A program made the translations under genes and the position numbers. From an uncultured Chloroflexia bacterium (GTDB lineage Bacteria; Chloroflexota; Limnocylindria; Limnocylindrales; CSP1-4): a DNA stretch of 64,000 bases. Within the stretch, counting starts at the first letter, position 1; every line of letters starts with the position of its first letter. Below the pieces are notes generated by a model, which saw only the letters and a list, made by a program, of their open reading frames with translations, did not search any database and had not been told where the DNA came from. Below are positions 63,198 through 64,000 of the stretch, one piece after another. The DNA lies in contig OY970149.1 of the NCBI GenBank assembly GCA_963706095.1, forward strand, positions 146,183 to 210,182. Reading direction: 5' to 3'.

Positions 63198-64000
63198 ATG
63201 TCATCGGCCGTGCATCCAAGCCAGCGGGGCAGGGCAGGGGTGATCGCACTGATCACCGTTCTCGCTGTGGCTGGCTGCGGGCAGTCGGCGCCTCCGTCAT
63301 CGACCGCTGTTCAATCGGCTGCTCCAATTGCTCCGAACAGCGATCCTCCAGATGCCACGCCCGGCGCGTCGGCGGACATCGCGAGCACCGTCACCCTGGT
63401 GCAGTTCGAAGAGAGCACCGACCCGAGCGCCGCCGCGGAGCGAGAGCAGGAGCTCGTACACCAGCTGCGTGAGGACGCCGGGATGGCGGCTCTCATTGGC
63501 GCCAACGGGGACGCAGCCTTTGAGGATCTCGACGCGGTCACGGACGCGTACGCCCAGAAGCTGATCGTCGAGATCGCGGCGGCCATCGACGCCGGCAGCA
63601 TCCCGCAGACAGGTACGCCTTCAGCCTTGGGCACGCTCGCCACGATCGGCGGTGGTCACACCGAGGGGAGGGGGCCGCTGAACGTGATCGACGTCAGCCT
63701 GTTCGCCGATACCGGCTTTACCGCGAACGCGATCATGAGCCTCTACACGGGCATCGTCCAACGTGCCGCCGAGACTCAAAGTGGGACGCTGCCGCGCCAG
63801 GACTCGTTCGACCAGACATCGAACGGCCTTCGCCAGCAGGTCGACGTGAGCACGACTTTTACTGTCCAGACCGGCGGCGGGAGAGTGACCGCGGACGTGA
63901 TCATGTCGGCCACGGACCGCATCACCGACGCTGCGACCGGTTCCTTCGTGGCCCTCTACACGAGCAGGGGCACCGGCCACTTCGATGTCAACGCGTGTCC
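63198..64000 (+). CDS. Lipoprotein, function unknown (3' end beyond window)
   Basis: Frame open from the ATG at 63198 to the window end; it is absent from the ORF track because it has no stop. Lipobox LAVAGC. My manual translation shows no in-frame stop. Confidence 0.55.
   Translation, partial: MSSAVHPSQRGRAGVIALITVLAVAGCGQSAPPSSTAVQSAAPIAPNSDPPDATPGASADIASTVTLVQFEESTDPSAAAEREQELVHQLREDAGMAALIGANGDAAFEDLDAVTDAYAQKLIVEIAAAIDAGSIPQTGTPSALGTLATIGGGHTEGRGPLNVIDVSLFADTGFTANAIMSLYTGIVQRAAETQSGTLPRQDSFDQTSNGLRQQVDVSTTFTVQTGGGRVTADVIMSATDRITDAATGSFVALYTSRGTGHFDVNAC

Overview
This is a GC-rich, densely coding chromosomal segment with about 70 genes on both strands. The gene content includes F420/PPOX-type enzymes, ECF sigma/anti-sigma pairs, many class III nucleotidyl cyclases, lipoproteins with Pro/Ala/Ser/Thr linkers, CARDB/PKD domains and leaderless-looking promoters. 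That mix suggests an Actinomycetota- or Chloroflexota-like bacterium, but I cannot place it more precisely. I saw no rRNA, tRNA, CRISPR array, transposase, integrase or phage genes. Four things stand out. (1) A diverged, duplicated two-gene cassette sits at 30030-31882 and 36074-37935: a HEAT-like lipoprotein translationally coupled to a secreted HExxHxxGxxD zincin that I cannot assign to a named family. The interval holding both copies is bracketed by two VapC toxin-antitoxin modules. (2) An efeUOB iron-uptake operon (16043-19539) is broken by about 16 reading-frame switches, almost all in the same direction, while every neighbouring gene is intact. (3) Cyclic-nucleotide signalling is unusually concentrated: five class III cyclases with different sensor modules (cupin, 6TM, two DUF4242 paralogues, AAA-TPR STAND) plus an MFS transporter fused to a cNMP-binding domain. 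(4) There is a large set of secreted or lipoprotein zinc peptidases: an M6-like protein of about 1460 aa, a gluzincin-like lipoprotein, M23, M15 and CPBP. All family calls come from motif recognition by eye on the supplied translations, not from database searches. Start codons of many genes are inferred and may be off by a few codons.
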